Origin: a virus
Lineage: Duplodnaviria > Heunggongvirae > Uroviricota > Caudoviricetes
IMG/VR virus record: IMGVR_UViG_3300045988_145381
Reading direction: 5' to 3' (one strand)
Length of the DNA: 48,428 nucleotides
Shown here: in pieces, positions 8,875 through 19,705 of the stretch
Layout of the letters: every line of letters starts with the position of its first letter
Numbering within the stretch: the first letter of the stretch is position 1
Position numbers and translations under genes: made by a program
The notes under the pieces: generated by a model
Databases searched by the model: none
Told to the model about the DNA's origin: nothing
Seen by the model: the letters and a program-made list of their open reading frames with translations, nothing else

Positions 8875-11659
8875 AACTTAATCTCCGTTGTTGGAACATA
8901 TGAGCACTCAATTTCTTCTCAAAATCAGAATATCCCGCATCTAATGCTCTTTTAGCTGCCGCCTCAGTTTCCTTTGGTGAACCAGCCGGAAGATTGATTA
9001 CAGGTGAATAGGTTATTCCACCAGTCACAGCATTAACGTTCTGGCGAGGTCCAGAAGTCCCGGCGGCAGATATCCCGTGAGGTGATAAATTTGATTGCCC
9101 GAACTTGGTTGCTATTGCATTCTGTAAGCTGTTATTCCTGCTAACGCCTGATGCCAGAGTAGTCATTATTGCACCACCTGACTTTGTTAGCTGTGAGAAT
9201 GGACCTTTTTTCGCGTCAGAGAACGGTAAATACTCACGTACAGAAGAAAAAACGCCTTTCACTTCATTAATTAAAGCATTTGCTTTTGATTTTATCCCAG
9301 TGATTAACGTCTCAATTATTTTTGCGCCTGACTCACTCCAGTTTATTCCAGACAAATAAGCCGTTACAGATTGGAATGCTCTTATAAAGAGTCCAACTGG
9401 TGAAAAACGCATAAAAACAGATACCAGTGTATCTATGATTTTCTTTCCTGTTTCGCTCCAGTTAATACCAGAAAGGTAATTTGTTGTAAGTTTAAATGCT
9501 TTAATTAAGAACGGAAGCGGAGACATCCATTTAAAAGCACTAATTAATGTACTGTAAATTCTTACTCCTGCCGAACTCCAGTTTATGTTGGAAAGATAAT
9601 CCCATGCTTTACCAAACATAGATATAATCCATCCATTGAGATCAAAGTTTAAGATAAATTTTTTTATAGCTTCAAACGATTTAACTGTATATTCCTTAAC
9701 AGAAGGCCAAACTCTGACAGCATAATCTCTGATCTTATCCCAGTTCTGATAGAGCAATATTCCTGCGGCAACCAGCGCAGATATAGCCATCTGAATCCAC
9801 CCGAAGGGTGTTAGCTTTGTCGCTACAGATAAAGCCAGCATAGCTACCCTACACGCTATAACCACACTTTTCATGGTTAGAAACGCACCTGCCGCCATCA
9901 CAATCTGAGACACAAAATTGGGGTTGTTAGCTACAAATTCACTAATTTTTGTAATCAGCGGAACCAAAACACTAAGCGCGGCATTCAAAGCAGGTTGCAA
10001 GGCCTGACCAAAACTTAATGATGCATTGCTAGCCTGAATACGTAATTGTTTCAATCGCTCCGCATTGTCTTTCGTTATGTTGGCAAAATCGCGGTCAATA
10101 ACAGCACTTCCAGCACCAAGAGATGTTGCTTTGATTCTCTGGTATTCCTTCCAGTTTTGAATCATCGGACGAACAAAGTTCTGAACCTGCATATCGCCAA
10201 ATAGCTCACCAAGTAACTTCTGATCTCCGTTCTTAGTCATTTTCATGACAGAATGCATTGCAGCTTCGAATGGATTCTTCCCTTTTTTCTGCGCTGTTGT
10301 GACAATTTTATATAAATCTACACCGAAATTTTTCTTTGCTTTTTTTAGTGTTTCAGGGGAAAGTATTTTCGCCAAAAAGTTGTTCATATTATTAGCAGCC
10401 TCATCCGAAGTTGCAGCACCTTTGCGAGCTATCTGCAAAGCTGCCCCCATCGTCGCGGCGGCTTCTTTACCTCCCATTTTTAATGCCTGGAACTGAGCAC
10501 CAAGCACAGGAAGATTTTTGGCCATATCTTTAAATTCAAAGTTTCCCTCTTTCCCTGCCTGAACCAGAATCCCCATTGCAGACTTCATTTGAGATGGATC
10601 AATCTTCAATGAGTCACTTAATGTAAATGATGCTTTCGAGACATCGAGGATATCAGAGCCAGTAGCTGTAGCTGTTCGCCCAATAGTTAGTAGATTCGCC
10701 TGAGCCTCTTTATAATCCTGCCCAGCAGCGACGAGAAAACCCTGAGCGGCCTGAATATCAGATGCAAACTGGTTGGTGGCCGTTCCGGTAACAAGCATCG
10801 CCTGCCCCATCGCCTGAACTTCTTCCGGCTTCATATCTGCCGTAAGACCAATCATTTTGTTTTCACGATTGAAATTTGCTGCATTGTTAGCAGCAGCAAA
10901 TGCACCAGCCGCTACAGCACCAGTTTGTAATCCTGACCTTACAAGTTGACTCTTTGCCTCACCAAGATGCTCTCGCTTCAATTCACGCTGCCTTTCCAAC
11001 GCGCGGTTTAACTCCTCCTGAGCACGTTTTACTGCAAGAACATTTTTCCGTGCTTCAGCCAACGCATTTTTATAGCTGTTAATTTTATCAATACGTTGTT
11101 TTTCTAATGCCCGGTTAAGTTCCTCCTGCTGTTTTTTCACTTGCTGAACATTTGCTCTGGCTAAAGCCAAAGCCGTTCTGTAGCGGTTAACCTGCTCAAC
11201 GCTACGGACCTGAGCCTCACGATTACGATCAATGCTGGCTTTAAGCTCTTTCTCTCTTGAGGCCAAAGCTCTGGCAGATGTATCAGCTCCCTGATAGGCA
11301 GACTTTAAAGCGGCCAGTTCTTCACGCTGAGAACGTAGTGATGCTCGTAAATTCGATGAATGTGTTTTTGCCTTCTCAAAGTCACGAAGCATCGCTCTGG
11401 TTGGATTGGCCGTGTTTTTTATTTGCTTCTGTAACTCTTCAACGCGAGCGGCAGCTTTATGATATTCGAGGGCAGTCTGTCCAACCTTTACTTTTACAGA
11501 TTGTAGCTTTTGAATTTCCCCATGTTCTTTCGTTAATCCAGCAAGCTCGGCATTTAATTTAGCAACAGCCTGATTAGCTGTAGTAAAACTTTTGGGGAGA
11601 GAGGCGGCAACTTTGCCGCCAATTTCAAAAGCCAGCTTAAAGTTCTTATTGCTGGCCAT
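8867..11659 (-). CDS. tail tape measure protein
   Basis: 930-aa ORF, long coiled-coil N-terminal half (repeated ...QEELNRALE...), hydrophobic segments and Gly-rich C-terminus; follows the chaperone pair. Confidence 0.85.
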   Translation of the reverse strand: MASNKNFKLAFEIGGKVAASLPKSFTTANQAVAKLNAELAGLTKEHGEIQKLQSVKVKVGQTALEYHKAAARVEELQKQIKNTANPTRAMLRDFEKAKTHSSNLRASLRSQREELAALKSAYQGADTSARALASREKELKASIDRNREAQVRSVEQVNRYRTALALARANVQQVKKQQEELNRALEKQRIDKINSYKNALAEARKNVLAVKRAQEELNRALERQRELKREHLGEAKSQLVRSGLQTGAVAAGAFAAANNAANFNRENKMIGLTADMKPEEVQAMGQAMLVTGTATNQFASDIQAAQGFLVAAGQDYKEAQANLLTIGRTATATGSDILDVSKASFTLSDSLKIDPSQMKSAMGILVQAGKEGNFEFKDMAKNLPVLGAQFQALKMGGKEAAATMGAALQIARKGAATSDEAANNMNNFLAKILSPETLKKAKKNFGVDLYKIVTTAQKKGKNPFEAAMHSVMKMTKNGDQKLLGELFGDMQVQNFVRPMIQNWKEYQRIKATSLGAGSAVIDRDFANITKDNAERLKQLRIQASNASLSFGQALQPALNAALSVLVPLITKISEFVANNPNFVSQIVMAAGAFLTMKSVVIACRVAMLALSVATKLTPFGWIQMAISALVAAGILLYQNWDKIRDYAVRVWPSVKEYTVKSFEAIKKFILNFDLNGWIISMFGKAWDYLSNINWSSAGVRIYSTLISAFKWMSPLPFLIKAFKLTTNYLSGINWSETGKKIIDTLVSVFMRFSPVGLFIRAFQSVTAYLSGINWSESGAKIIETLITGIKSKANALINEVKGVFSSVREYLPFSDAKKGPFSQLTKSGGAIMTTLASGVSRNNSLQNAIATKFGQSNLSPHGISAAGTSGPRQNVNAVTGGITYSPVINLPAGSPKETEAAAKRALDAGYSDFEKKLSAHMFQQRRLSFG

Positions 11660-11664
11660 TAGTA

Positions 11665-11847
11665 TTAATCCTCATTAAACACATCAATCCATGCGACGAT
11701 TCGCCTCAACCGAAGCGAAAGCCAGTAGGATATAGGTGTTGATTGAGATGATTGAGATAGAGAACTCGCGGCCCTCATTATTTGCTTATCAATAGGTTTT
11801 TGCTCATCAAAACCTACGAGAGCAAAAAATTCTGTACCTTTTGACAA
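11665..11847 (-). CDS. frameshift extension of tail assembly chaperone (E+E'-like product)
   Basis: 60-aa ORF in the -1 frame overlapping the chaperone 3' end; minus-strand T-TTT-TTG slippery sequence at 11833..11839. Confidence 0.5.
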   Translation of the reverse strand: MSKGTEFFALVGFDEQKPIDKQIMRAASSLSQSSQSTPISYWLSLRLRRIVAWIDVFNED

Positions 11848-12095
11848 ACTTTAACAAAGTCTTTCGCTGGCAATCCATTCAGATACTCTATTGGACGGCC
11901 AATACAGCGAGCAGCCAAGGCTGCATGGACTTTATTATCAAGTGATGTTTGAACTGAAACATGCCCTTGAGATTGCAGTAAGTCCGATACCTCTAAAATA
12001 TCACTGCCTTTTAGGTTGTCTAAATCAAGGTTGAGTTCAGTCACCGGCTCAAAGTCTTCAAAACGATATTCTTTACTTAATTTAACGGTTTCCAT
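11814..12095 (-). CDS. tail assembly chaperone (P2 gpE-like)
   Basis: 93-aa ORF between tube and tape measure; slippery heptamer near its 3' end. Confidence 0.6.
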   Translation of the reverse strand: METVKLSKEYRFEDFEPVTELNLDLDNLKGSDILEVSDLLQSQGHVSVQTSLDNKVHAALAARCIGRPIEYLNGLPAKDFVKVCQKVQNFLLS

Positions 12096-12104
12096 TTTGT
12101 CACC

Positions 12105-12626
12105 TTATAAACCTAAATCATCACGAACGCTTTTTAATATATCTTCACCATCAAAGATACAAATAAAGTTCAACTTATCAATTTCCAAGACTTCTTTTCC
12201 ATCAATAAATAATTTGATATAGAGAACTTCAAATTCATTCTCTGAATCAGTAGCCTTTGCCACCTGTAGCGAACCTAAATCCAGTTTTTTAGGGTTTAGC
12301 TTCATTGAAGCCCGAATAGGAACCGTTTTATATTTTCCTGTTCCTGCATCATAAACCTGCTGGCTACCGCGAAAATCTACCTGATGCGATGAGGATAGAA
12401 ATAATTTTGTACCAGCAGAGGTCAGAGTTCGCCATTTAAGAGAGACAGTCATTGGTTTGAAATGCCCCAGCGTTCCGCTCTCAAGCTCTCCAGCGATACC
12501 TGCACCACTAACAGTTTCTGTCATCATCTCAATTGATGGCAGCTTTGCGTCAGCAACACCGATAATACGGTTTCCCTCACCGTATACTGTAAAGTTAATA
12601 AGTCTCTCAGGAATTTGATTGCTCAA
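12105..12626 (-). CDS. major tail tube protein
   Basis: 173-aa ORF immediately downstream of the sheath gene. Confidence 0.75.
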   Translation of the reverse strand: MSNQIPERLINFTVYGEGNRIIGVADAKLPSIEMMTETVSGAGIAGELESGTLGHFKPMTVSLKWRTLTSAGTKLFLSSSHQVDFRGSQQVYDAGTGKYKTVPIRASMKLNPKKLDLGSLQVAKATDSENEFEVLYIKLFIDGKEVLEIDKLNFICIFDGEDILKSVRDDLGL

Positions 12627-12642
12627 AGCAACCTCCTATTAT

Positions 12643-14106
12643 TTATTCAGAAAACAAGTTCAGCAGATAATCAGGATTATATTCCATGACGAACTCTATA
12701 TCTCTGGCAGGTGAGAATGGTGTCATTTTTACATGGAATTTAACAATCCCGTCCATCAATGACGTAATCGTGTTTTCAGATTGATCAAAGGTAACAACAC
12801 CACCTGCAATATCCTGATTACCTGTGAGGCCGTTAAGCCAAATATTCGCACTTGTAACAATCGATTCAATTAATCGACGGTTTGCAGGATTGTCTATTTT
12901 TGACCAATGCGAAAGAATTAACGTATTACCCACCCAGTTAAACATACGTCGGCAAACACGAAATGCGTCTTTGGGGTCTGTAGATGTTGGATAAATAGCA
13001 TTACGGTTTCCCCATGATTTCCAACCATCAAAATTAAGGCTTGTTACAATCCCCTGTCCATTTAAGTAGTTTGCCTGGCTAATGTTAAGCCATACTTCAC
13101 TGCCATCTTTACGTACAGCACCGTCCATCTGTAGTTTTATATTTGACGGAGAACGTGATGGAATATCACCATACTGACTATCCAGCAAGCATGTTGCGGC
13201 CGCTAAATGGGTTGAGTGATGGTAAATATTGTCACCAAGTTTCACCATCGGCCAGCACACTGTCTGGTTAGCGGCCATGTGATTATTGTTCTGTTTCCAT
13301 TCAGGAACAGCCGAGTAATCACTGATAGTAGATTTATCGGTCGGTGCATCAGTTATGGCTTCTGCTTTGAACAATTCACTAATCAACGCGGCTTTAGCCG
13401 CCATTAGCTGACCAACTTCACTATCAGAACTAAATCCAGGCGCAATCACTTGTCCAGGAACCAACTTGAAGCGGGGATACACATCAGACAGTAACTCAAG
13501 CCCTGTATTGGCTTTAGTGTTGGAATCCACACCACCGATAATGTCATTTTTAGTTACGGCACCGGGATCAAGATGCGTATAACTAACCTTAAGAGTAGCG
13601 TCTTTTTCGGTAATTTTTCCTCCGCTAATAGCGGTAATGACCGTATAGCCATTATCATCCAGCGCCAGCACATAATCGGTGTCAACCGTTAATCCTGCCG
13701 AATCACCATCTGCTTTTTTCACAACAACAGATTTATATAAGACACCATCGTTAGAGAGCGTACCTTTCCCGCCAGAAAGTTTTACTACCTCATCAGTTAC
13801 GTCTTTCTTATGCTTTGCTGGATCAAGCACATTAATAAATACAACTGGCGCAACACCATATATTCCAAATGCGACTTTAATTACTTCGCTTAAAGTATAT
13901 TTCTCGAAGTTTGTGCTATATCCTATTTTAGATACGGCCTCTGCGTATGTATAAGCAATGATAGGTTTATTTACCGCTGAGGCTGGATCTTCTAACTGAT
14001 TAACAGGAGCTGTACCAAATGCGACAATCAACCCAGCACTAACTTGTACTGGAGGAGTTATAGATGTAGCCAGCTCAGATATATAAATACCGTGGCGATA
14101 TCCCAT
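12643..14106 (-). CDS. contractile tail sheath protein
   Basis: 487-aa ORF with sheath-like N-terminus (MGYRHGIYISE...), followed by the tube gene. Confidence 0.85.
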   Translation of the reverse strand: MGYRHGIYISELATSITPPVQVSAGLIVAFGTAPVNQLEDPASAVNKPIIAYTYAEAVSKIGYSTNFEKYTLSEVIKVAFGIYGVAPVVFINVLDPAKHKKDVTDEVVKLSGGKGTLSNDGVLYKSVVVKKADGDSAGLTVDTDYVLALDDNGYTVITAISGGKITEKDATLKVSYTHLDPGAVTKNDIIGGVDSNTKANTGLELLSDVYPRFKLVPGQVIAPGFSSDSEVGQLMAAKAALISELFKAEAITDAPTDKSTISDYSAVPEWKQNNNHMAANQTVCWPMVKLGDNIYHHSTHLAAATCLLDSQYGDIPSRSPSNIKLQMDGAVRKDGSEVWLNISQANYLNGQGIVTSLNFDGWKSWGNRNAIYPTSTDPKDAFRVCRRMFNWVGNTLILSHWSKIDNPANRRLIESIVTSANIWLNGLTGNQDIAGGVVTFDQSENTITSLMDGIVKFHVKMTPFSPARDIEFVMEYNPDYLLNLFSE

Positions 14107-14396
14107 TATTTAATCTCCATGATAGAAGAAGAAACTCTAGAGTACATTACATACTCGACACTGGTTTTATCAGAAAGTCTTTTTTCTGCATCTGCAAAAT
14201 CACTGGTTGCCACAAACAAACACTTTGCACCAGGAATATGTGATATTAATTTTTTACACTCTGGAGATAAACCATTCTTAAATAGTTTATGCTTCAAAAT
14301 TGAGAGTTGAGGGATTGTTGGTCCTATATATACAAATGTTTGAGCAACATCTTCCTTCTTTTCTATATCTTCTTTACTACTTTTCTTATTAGCCAT
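14106..14396 (-). CDS. hypothetical structural protein
   Basis: 96-aa ORF coupled upstream of the sheath gene. Confidence 0.35.
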   Translation of the reverse strand: MANKKSSKEDIEKKEDVAQTFVYIGPTIPQLSILKHKLFKNGLSPECKKLISHIPGAKCLFVATSDFADAEKRLSDKTSVEYVMYSRVSSSIMEIK

Positions 14397-14846
14397 TTAG
14401 ATAAACTCCTGAGACTGAATATTCTGAGGCTTTAATACTAGCCACGTTCCAGTTGCTTCCGTTATCCAATATGGATATGGTTGATCATCAAACATTCGCC
14501 ATCTGATATCACCCTGAAAGAGAAATTTCTCTTCAAGTAAAGGCTTCTCCTGAAAATGAAACATCATCCTTTCAAGAAGAGCCATTACCCATTCATATCC
14601 AGTATGGTCCTCACAAAAACCACCTAGAAGAAACTTAACCTTAACTTCATCCGTTTCAGGCTGCATTCCTCCTTCCGTGGGCCTGATAATCACATGAGGA
14701 AATTCTGGCGGTTTATCTGGAGATGGTTGTGATTTAGGAGGCAAGTACCCTTTAAATATTGTTGGAACAAACAATTTAATATCGCTGTCTGTTTCATCAT
14801 AAGGAGGCCCCTGCACTAATAAATCATGGAAAACCTCATGTTCCAA
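14397..14846 (-). CDS. putative tail completion / head-tail joining protein
   Basis: 149-aa ORF between head and tail blocks. Confidence 0.35.
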   Translation of the reverse strand: MEHEVFHDLLVQGPPYDETDSDIKLFVPTIFKGYLPPKSQPSPDKPPEFPHVIIRPTEGGMQPETDEVKVKFLLGGFCEDHTGYEWVMALLERMMFHFQEKPLLEEKFLFQGDIRWRMFDDQPYPYWITEATGTWLVLKPQNIQSQEFI

Positions 14847-14879
14847 CCGATTTTTTCATTGCATCTATCAAAAGATTAA

Positions 14880-15224
14880 TCAAATCGGCATTCCTCTGTT
14901 AGTATTAACAGTGAGAGTTATTTCCAATACACCAACATTATCTGATACTTCATCAATAATATAATTTTTACCGTTGATTTTCATTGACTGGTCTTTGACA
15001 GGGAGAACAGGAAAATCTTTTCTTGAAACAAATAATATTATTTGCCCCTGATTTATTCCCTCTGCAAACTCAGCATATGAGCGTTTATTCCGCTCATGAA
15101 TAAGGTCTGTATCAATAACGGCAAGGATATCCTTGCCGTCTATGTTATATGTATCGGCAAACTCTTTTTCATTGAGGAATATTGCAGAAATATCTTGCGC
15201 TATAACCTCTTTGAAGGAGTTCAT
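14880..15224 (-). CDS. putative head-tail connector protein
   Basis: 114-aa ORF between head and tail blocks. Confidence 0.35.
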   Translation of the reverse strand: MNSFKEVIAQDISAIFLNEKEFADTYNIDGKDILAVIDTDLIHERNKRSYAEFAEGINQGQIILFVSRKDFPVLPVKDQSMKINGKNYIIDEVSDNVGVLEITLTVNTNRGMPI

Positions 15225-15616
15225 TACTTCTTATTACCTTTTTTTTGCGTTGATTTTTTCGCATTACTGGTATCAGAAGTAGCTACAGATTCAGATGAAT
15301 CATCAGCAACCGTTTCCTCATTGCCGCCATCATCCTCAAACTCAACCTCGAATACACAGCTACCCGCCTCCGTTCGCGTAATCAACCCCGCGTCCACAGC
15401 ATCATTAACAGCAGATGCGTATCCATGCTCAAAAGCTAACTTAGCAGCATCATAGCCCCCGGCCGATGCCAAATCACCATCCTCTTCGGTGGCAATAGCA
15501 TGTCCTGACGCAATCAGTTCGGCAATTCTGGAGTTATCCATTAGCCCATTAAGCAAACGGCCCGCTTTTAGCGAGCCGTGGCTTATCGTATCAATGTTTT
15601 TAATCAGTCTGGCCAT
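15224..15616 (-). CDS. hypothetical head-associated protein (acidic C-terminus)
   Basis: 130-aa ORF directly downstream of the major capsid gene. Confidence 0.35.
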   Translation of the reverse strand: MARLIKNIDTISHGSLKAGRLLNGLMDNSRIAELIASGHAIATEEDGDLASAGGYDAAKLAFEHGYASAVNDAVDAGLITRTEAGSCVFEVEFEDDGGNEETVADDSSESVATSDTSNAKKSTQKKGNKK

Positions 15617-16660
15617 TTAAACCACCTTAGCCACCAGATAGGCATCAGCCACACCAGGATTAGGCAGTGGAGATGACTTCATGGCAACATAACGGCCAGC
15701 CGGCTTACGAGTTACCCAGGTGTCTGGAACTCGTGGTGACTCAACAATCGTTAGAGTCTTTTCGGCGTCATCTACAAGCTCTACAGCACCATACAGCATC
15801 GTTCCTCGACCAGGAGAGCCAAAGAGGATCTTATCTTCCGGTACTAATGGTTCTGGTTTTCCTGTTTTATCATTGCGAATAAGTTCGTCGTAACCATAAA
15901 AATCGACACCTTCAAGATTGCCATAATGAGTTACGCCTTCTTCTAACTCCTTAGGCTCAATATACCCAAGCTCTTTTCGGCGATTATCAAGATATTTAGT
16001 TACTGCTTCATTTTTAACGAAAGCATCAACAACTTTTGCGCCCATTACGGCAACACGAGGTGTAAAACCTGAAGTTAGTGATACCCGACGTTTCCAGTTG
16101 CGAACATTGACCAACGGATCTGATTTTGCAGCACTCCATAAATCATCACCTGTCAGTTCAAGATATGGTTTATCTCCTTCCTCTTCAGGCCAAAAATAAA
16201 CTGTGTCATCCACACCTTCACCAACAATATCAACCTGCCCCGTAAACAAGACTTGTGCACACATCCATTCTTCACGGCGGTTAACCATTTCATCAAGCTC
16301 AAGCAAATCTTTACCTAATTGCTCGGCGGCTCGTTCTGCTGGCGATTTTGCGTTGTAAATATTCTCACCCGGAAGCCTGTTTAAAAGCAGCTCTGCTGTT
16401 GTTACCAAATCAGGTGCAACAAGTGGTGGCTCCAGAGTTCTCGTTACAAAGCCGCGTCGCTCAACGGTTTTTGAGCCAAAACCTTTACCAACAAACGGAG
16501 CCATAGTACGGCCACCGCGAACAAAATCCAGATCAACTTTCTTTGTATTAAAGGTCTGAACACCAGGAAAAAAGGTACGAAGAAGAAAACGACGAGCCTT
16601 GAAATTCTGAATAACAGGCTCAAGCATTGTACGTCGTTCAAAAATATCAATATTCGGCAT
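15617..16660 (-). CDS. major capsid protein (lambda gpE-like)
   Basis: 347-aa ORF after the decoration-like gene; size and order match lambda E. Confidence 0.7.
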   Translation of the reverse strand: MPNIDIFERRTMLEPVIQNFKARRFLLRTFFPGVQTFNTKKVDLDFVRGGRTMAPFVGKGFGSKTVERRGFVTRTLEPPLVAPDLVTTAELLLNRLPGENIYNAKSPAERAAEQLGKDLLELDEMVNRREEWMCAQVLFTGQVDIVGEGVDDTVYFWPEEEGDKPYLELTGDDLWSAAKSDPLVNVRNWKRRVSLTSGFTPRVAVMGAKVVDAFVKNEAVTKYLDNRRKELGYIEPKELEEGVTHYGNLEGVDFYGYDELIRNDKTGKPEPLVPEDKILFGSPGRGTMLYGAVELVDDAEKTLTIVESPRVPDTWVTRKPAGRYVAMKSSPLPNPGVADAYLVAKVV

Positions 16661-16680
16661 AAAAATACGACCTCTTTATA

Positions 16681-17064
16681 TTATGCAGATGGATTTTGTT
16701 GTGCGGTGTTAAGGAATATCCCAACCTTCCGGCAAGCCAGATATACATCGGCAATCTTTGCTGATTCAGGAAGGATAACCGCATGTGCATTGAACATTCC
16801 GGTCAGCCATGCTGTTCCAACTTGCGCTGAATCAGTCGCATCAATACTGTGTTGAGCGATACAATACGGTTCTTTTGCCACCCCCTCACCAGAGAGATTT
16901 ATTGGTGCTACAGTGACAACATTTGTTGTCTGATCAATACTGACAAAAGCAAGCAACTCACCTCGATTTACTTTACCGCTGGCAAGTTTAATACTTGTTG
17001 TAATTGCTGGCATACCACCAGAAATAATCAGATTATCTGGTTCAAATGAAAAAGACTCTCGCAT
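16681..17064 (-). CDS. head decoration protein (lambda gpD-like)
   Basis: 127-aa ORF between the protease and capsid genes. Confidence 0.5.
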   Translation of the reverse strand: MRESFSFEPDNLIISGGMPAITTSIKLASGKVNRGELLAFVSIDQTTNVVTVAPINLSGEGVAKEPYCIAQHSIDATDSAQVGTAWLTGMFNAHAVILPESAKIADVYLACRKVGIFLNTAQQNPSA

Positions 17065-17073
17065 AAACTCACC

Positions 17074-18162
17074 TTAATTTTTATCGCGGTTTTTAAATAC
17101 TGACCCAATAACATTTTTTACTACTTCAGCTTGTTTATCTCCGTTGTTTTCTGGTTGATTAACATCAACTGAATCATTCACCTCATTTGCGTCTTCTTGC
17201 CGTTGATTAAGAAAGTTTTTGTTACGCGCTCGCTCTGCATTCATAATTTCCAAAGCAAGTTCAGCCGCAGAAACTCCCGTTTTGAATTTTGCATTCTTAA
17301 CCAGGTCGTCATGACCTGGAATCACGCTATTCTCGATTGTTTCAATGCGCTCGCGTTCTGATTTAACGCCCTCGTCTTTACCAGCATTAAAAACCTGATT
17401 GTATAATTCTGGATGTTTATTTTTTAATTCATCAAGAGTCACAACATCGTCCTCATTTTGTTCATTTAATTCAGTAGATAATTCATTTTTATTTTGTGGC
17501 AACTTTGCGAGCGAATCAGGTAATTTTGAAAACCTTGATGCTTCAAAAGTTATTCCATTGAGCGAAAGCATCCCTTCCTTTATAGAAGCGGATAAGCGCA
17601 TTGGTTTTTCAACTTCGTCAGCAAATCCAAGCTCTACAGCCTCTTCTGCATTTAGCCATGTTTCCTGATCCATTAGTTCAATTAATTTATCCTCAGAAAG
17701 CCCTGTTTTCTCCTTATATGCAGATAAAATACTATCTCGTATCTTATCCATCATCTCAGCAATATCACGTAGTTCATCCGCATCACCAGCAGCAAATGTC
17801 CACGGATTATGGATCATCATCATAGCATTAGATGGGATAACAACTTTATCACCTGCCATTGCAATAATGGTTGCAGCCGATGCAGCAATACCATCAATAT
17901 AAACAGTAATATTAGCCTTATGACGTTTTAATGAAGAAAGAATAGCTTGAGCAGTAAAAACAGAACCACCATAACTATTAATTTTTACGTTGATAGCATT
18001 TGATGATATATCCTTTAATTTATTAACTATGTCAGAAGAAGAAACCTCATCAAATTCGCCAATATATCCGTAGATTAAAAGTTCAGCCGGAGAGTCATCT
18101 TCACCCGTGCTATTTTTTATTTCCCACCAATTAGGCATCATCTGTCTCCATATTTTGTTCAT
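17074..18162 (-). CDS. prohead protease (S49/ClpP-like) with C-terminal scaffold-like region
   Basis: 362-aa ORF; protease-like core (...INSYGGSV...) and an acidic, coiled C-terminal half; overlaps the portal gene end. Confidence 0.7.
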   Translation of the reverse strand: MNKIWRQMMPNWWEIKNSTGEDDSPAELLIYGYIGEFDEVSSSDIVNKLKDISSNAINVKINSYGGSVFTAQAILSSLKRHKANITVYIDGIAASAATIIAMAGDKVVIPSNAMMMIHNPWTFAAGDADELRDIAEMMDKIRDSILSAYKEKTGLSEDKLIELMDQETWLNAEEAVELGFADEVEKPMRLSASIKEGMLSLNGITFEASRFSKLPDSLAKLPQNKNELSTELNEQNEDDVVTLDELKNKHPELYNQVFNAGKDEGVKSERERIETIENSVIPGHDDLVKNAKFKTGVSAAELALEIMNAERARNKNFLNQRQEDANEVNDSVDVNQPENNGDKQAEVVKNVIGSVFKNRDKN

Positions 18163-19705
18163 TTACCTCAGAAACAGGAGGCGTAATCAGCCCCAACTCA
18201 CGGCGAGCATTCTCTTCTCTGCCACAAATTTGTGCGGTTTCTTCCCAGTTAAGACCTGACATTTCAGCCGCTTCCTTTTCACGGGTAGAGAATGTTTCCT
18301 CAACACGCAGTTTTGCAGCTTTGACTTCTTTAAGGGGATCTAATTGGCCTTGTGATGGGCCATACCATTGAGCGCCACTCCATGCAGCGCGATATTCAGG
18401 CCCATAAAAAAAACCAGGGGCAATAACACGACCTTTAGCAACGGCTTCGGCCAACCATTCCTCATAGATCGGTTGGCAAAATGACTGAACCATCCAGTCA
18501 CGTCGCATACGGAACATTTTCCAGGCTTCAAGTAATGCGGCCCTGCTTGCGCTATAACTTGCTGTAAAATGCTTTACCAAGAGTTCGTAAGGGAGTTCTA
18601 AAGCAGCCCCAATTTGACGGCATATGGCGACAACAAAACCATCAAATGCCGTATTTGGTCGCCCGGGATTTGCTGTATCTATCGACTCACCTTCACCCAA
18701 ACTTACTATGGAGCCATTCCCCATTTCTTGGGTGTTATCATCATGGTTATCGATCTGCTCGTACTGAGGGATACCCGATTCACCGACTGGTCCATCAGGA
18801 GCGTCTGTTTTAATAAAGACAGTAAACATCCCTGACACAACCGCAGCAACCAATTCAGCATCGGTGTATCGTCCTAACTGCTTCAATGCTTCAATAACAG
18901 GAGCAAGGACAGGAACGCCACGACGTTGCCCAGGCCTTTCAAAATCCTGCATGACATGCAGAATATTTCTTCTTCCTGTTTTACTCCCATATGCGGGAAT
19001 ACGTTCCCACTTGCGGGTTACAAAACCAGAAGTCCCGGCTGGGTGATGTTTTGCAACCCAGTACGCCACAGGCTCGCTAAATTCACCAACCTCTACGCCA
19101 CCGTAAAGATTTGGTATAAAACGATCCTCTGGATTGCAAACACGATCACCTTCAATTAAATAGACGCACAAATCATATATAACACCCTTACGCTTAATAA
19201 CTGGTAGCGCAGCAAATATATCGCCAGATGTTAACGCAGATATTTGGACCAATGATTGCAATTGTCCAAAAGTACACATTCTTGATGCATCACAATTTGG
19301 AGAATCAGCCCATAATCTAAACTCACGCTCAACATGCTTTTCCCATGCTCGCGCTTCTTCCTGCGTCATCCCCAAGAAATCGGCATCAATGTTCGCATTT
19401 AGTTTTAAACCGGAACCAACAACGTTTGTCCTGATAGTTTTTATTGCGCCAACCGATAGCGGGTTTCCCATGAAGAGATCACGAGAACGCTCACGCAATT
19501 TATCTATATTTTTAACAATATCATCATCAGGAGAACCAGCTTTACTAAACCAACCCCTTAATGATTTTTTATGAGTGCTTGCACCATGACGTGAATATCC
19601 AAGGTTATTAATACCTTCAAGTGCTTCTAACCGTTTTCTTGCCAAAGCTCGATTTAATGCCCTCTGAGGTGAAAACGGCGCAATAACTCGATCAAGAATA
19701 TTCAT
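18131..19705 (-). CDS. portal protein (lambda gpB-like)
   Basis: 524-aa ORF downstream of W-like and TerL genes. Confidence 0.75.
   Translation of the reverse strand: MNILDRVIAPFSPQRALNRALARKRLEALEGINNLGYSRHGASTHKKSLRGWFSKAGSPDDDIVKNIDKLRERSRDLFMGNPLSVGAIKTIRTNVVGSGLKLNANIDADFLGMTQEEARAWEKHVEREFRLWADSPNCDASRMCTFGQLQSLVQISALTSGDIFAALPVIKRKGVIYDLCVYLIEGDRVCNPEDRFIPNLYGGVEVGEFSEPVAYWVAKHHPAGTSGFVTRKWERIPAYGSKTGRRNILHVMQDFERPGQRRGVPVLAPVIEALKQLGRYTDAELVAAVVSGMFTVFIKTDAPDGPVGESGIPQYEQIDNHDDNTQEMGNGSIVSLGEGESIDTANPGRPNTAFDGFVVAICRQIGAALELPYELLVKHFTASYSASRAALLEAWKMFRMRRDWMVQSFCQPIYEEWLAEAVAKGRVIAPGFFYGPEYRAAWSGAQWYGPSQGQLDPLKEVKAAKLRVEETFSTREKEAAEMSGLNWEETAQICGREENARRELGLITPPVSEVNEQNMETDDA

Noticed and set aside
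9105-11562. Several plus-strand ORFs (60-101 aa) within the tape measure gene
   Set aside because: Antisense shadows of a 930-aa gene with strong structural context.
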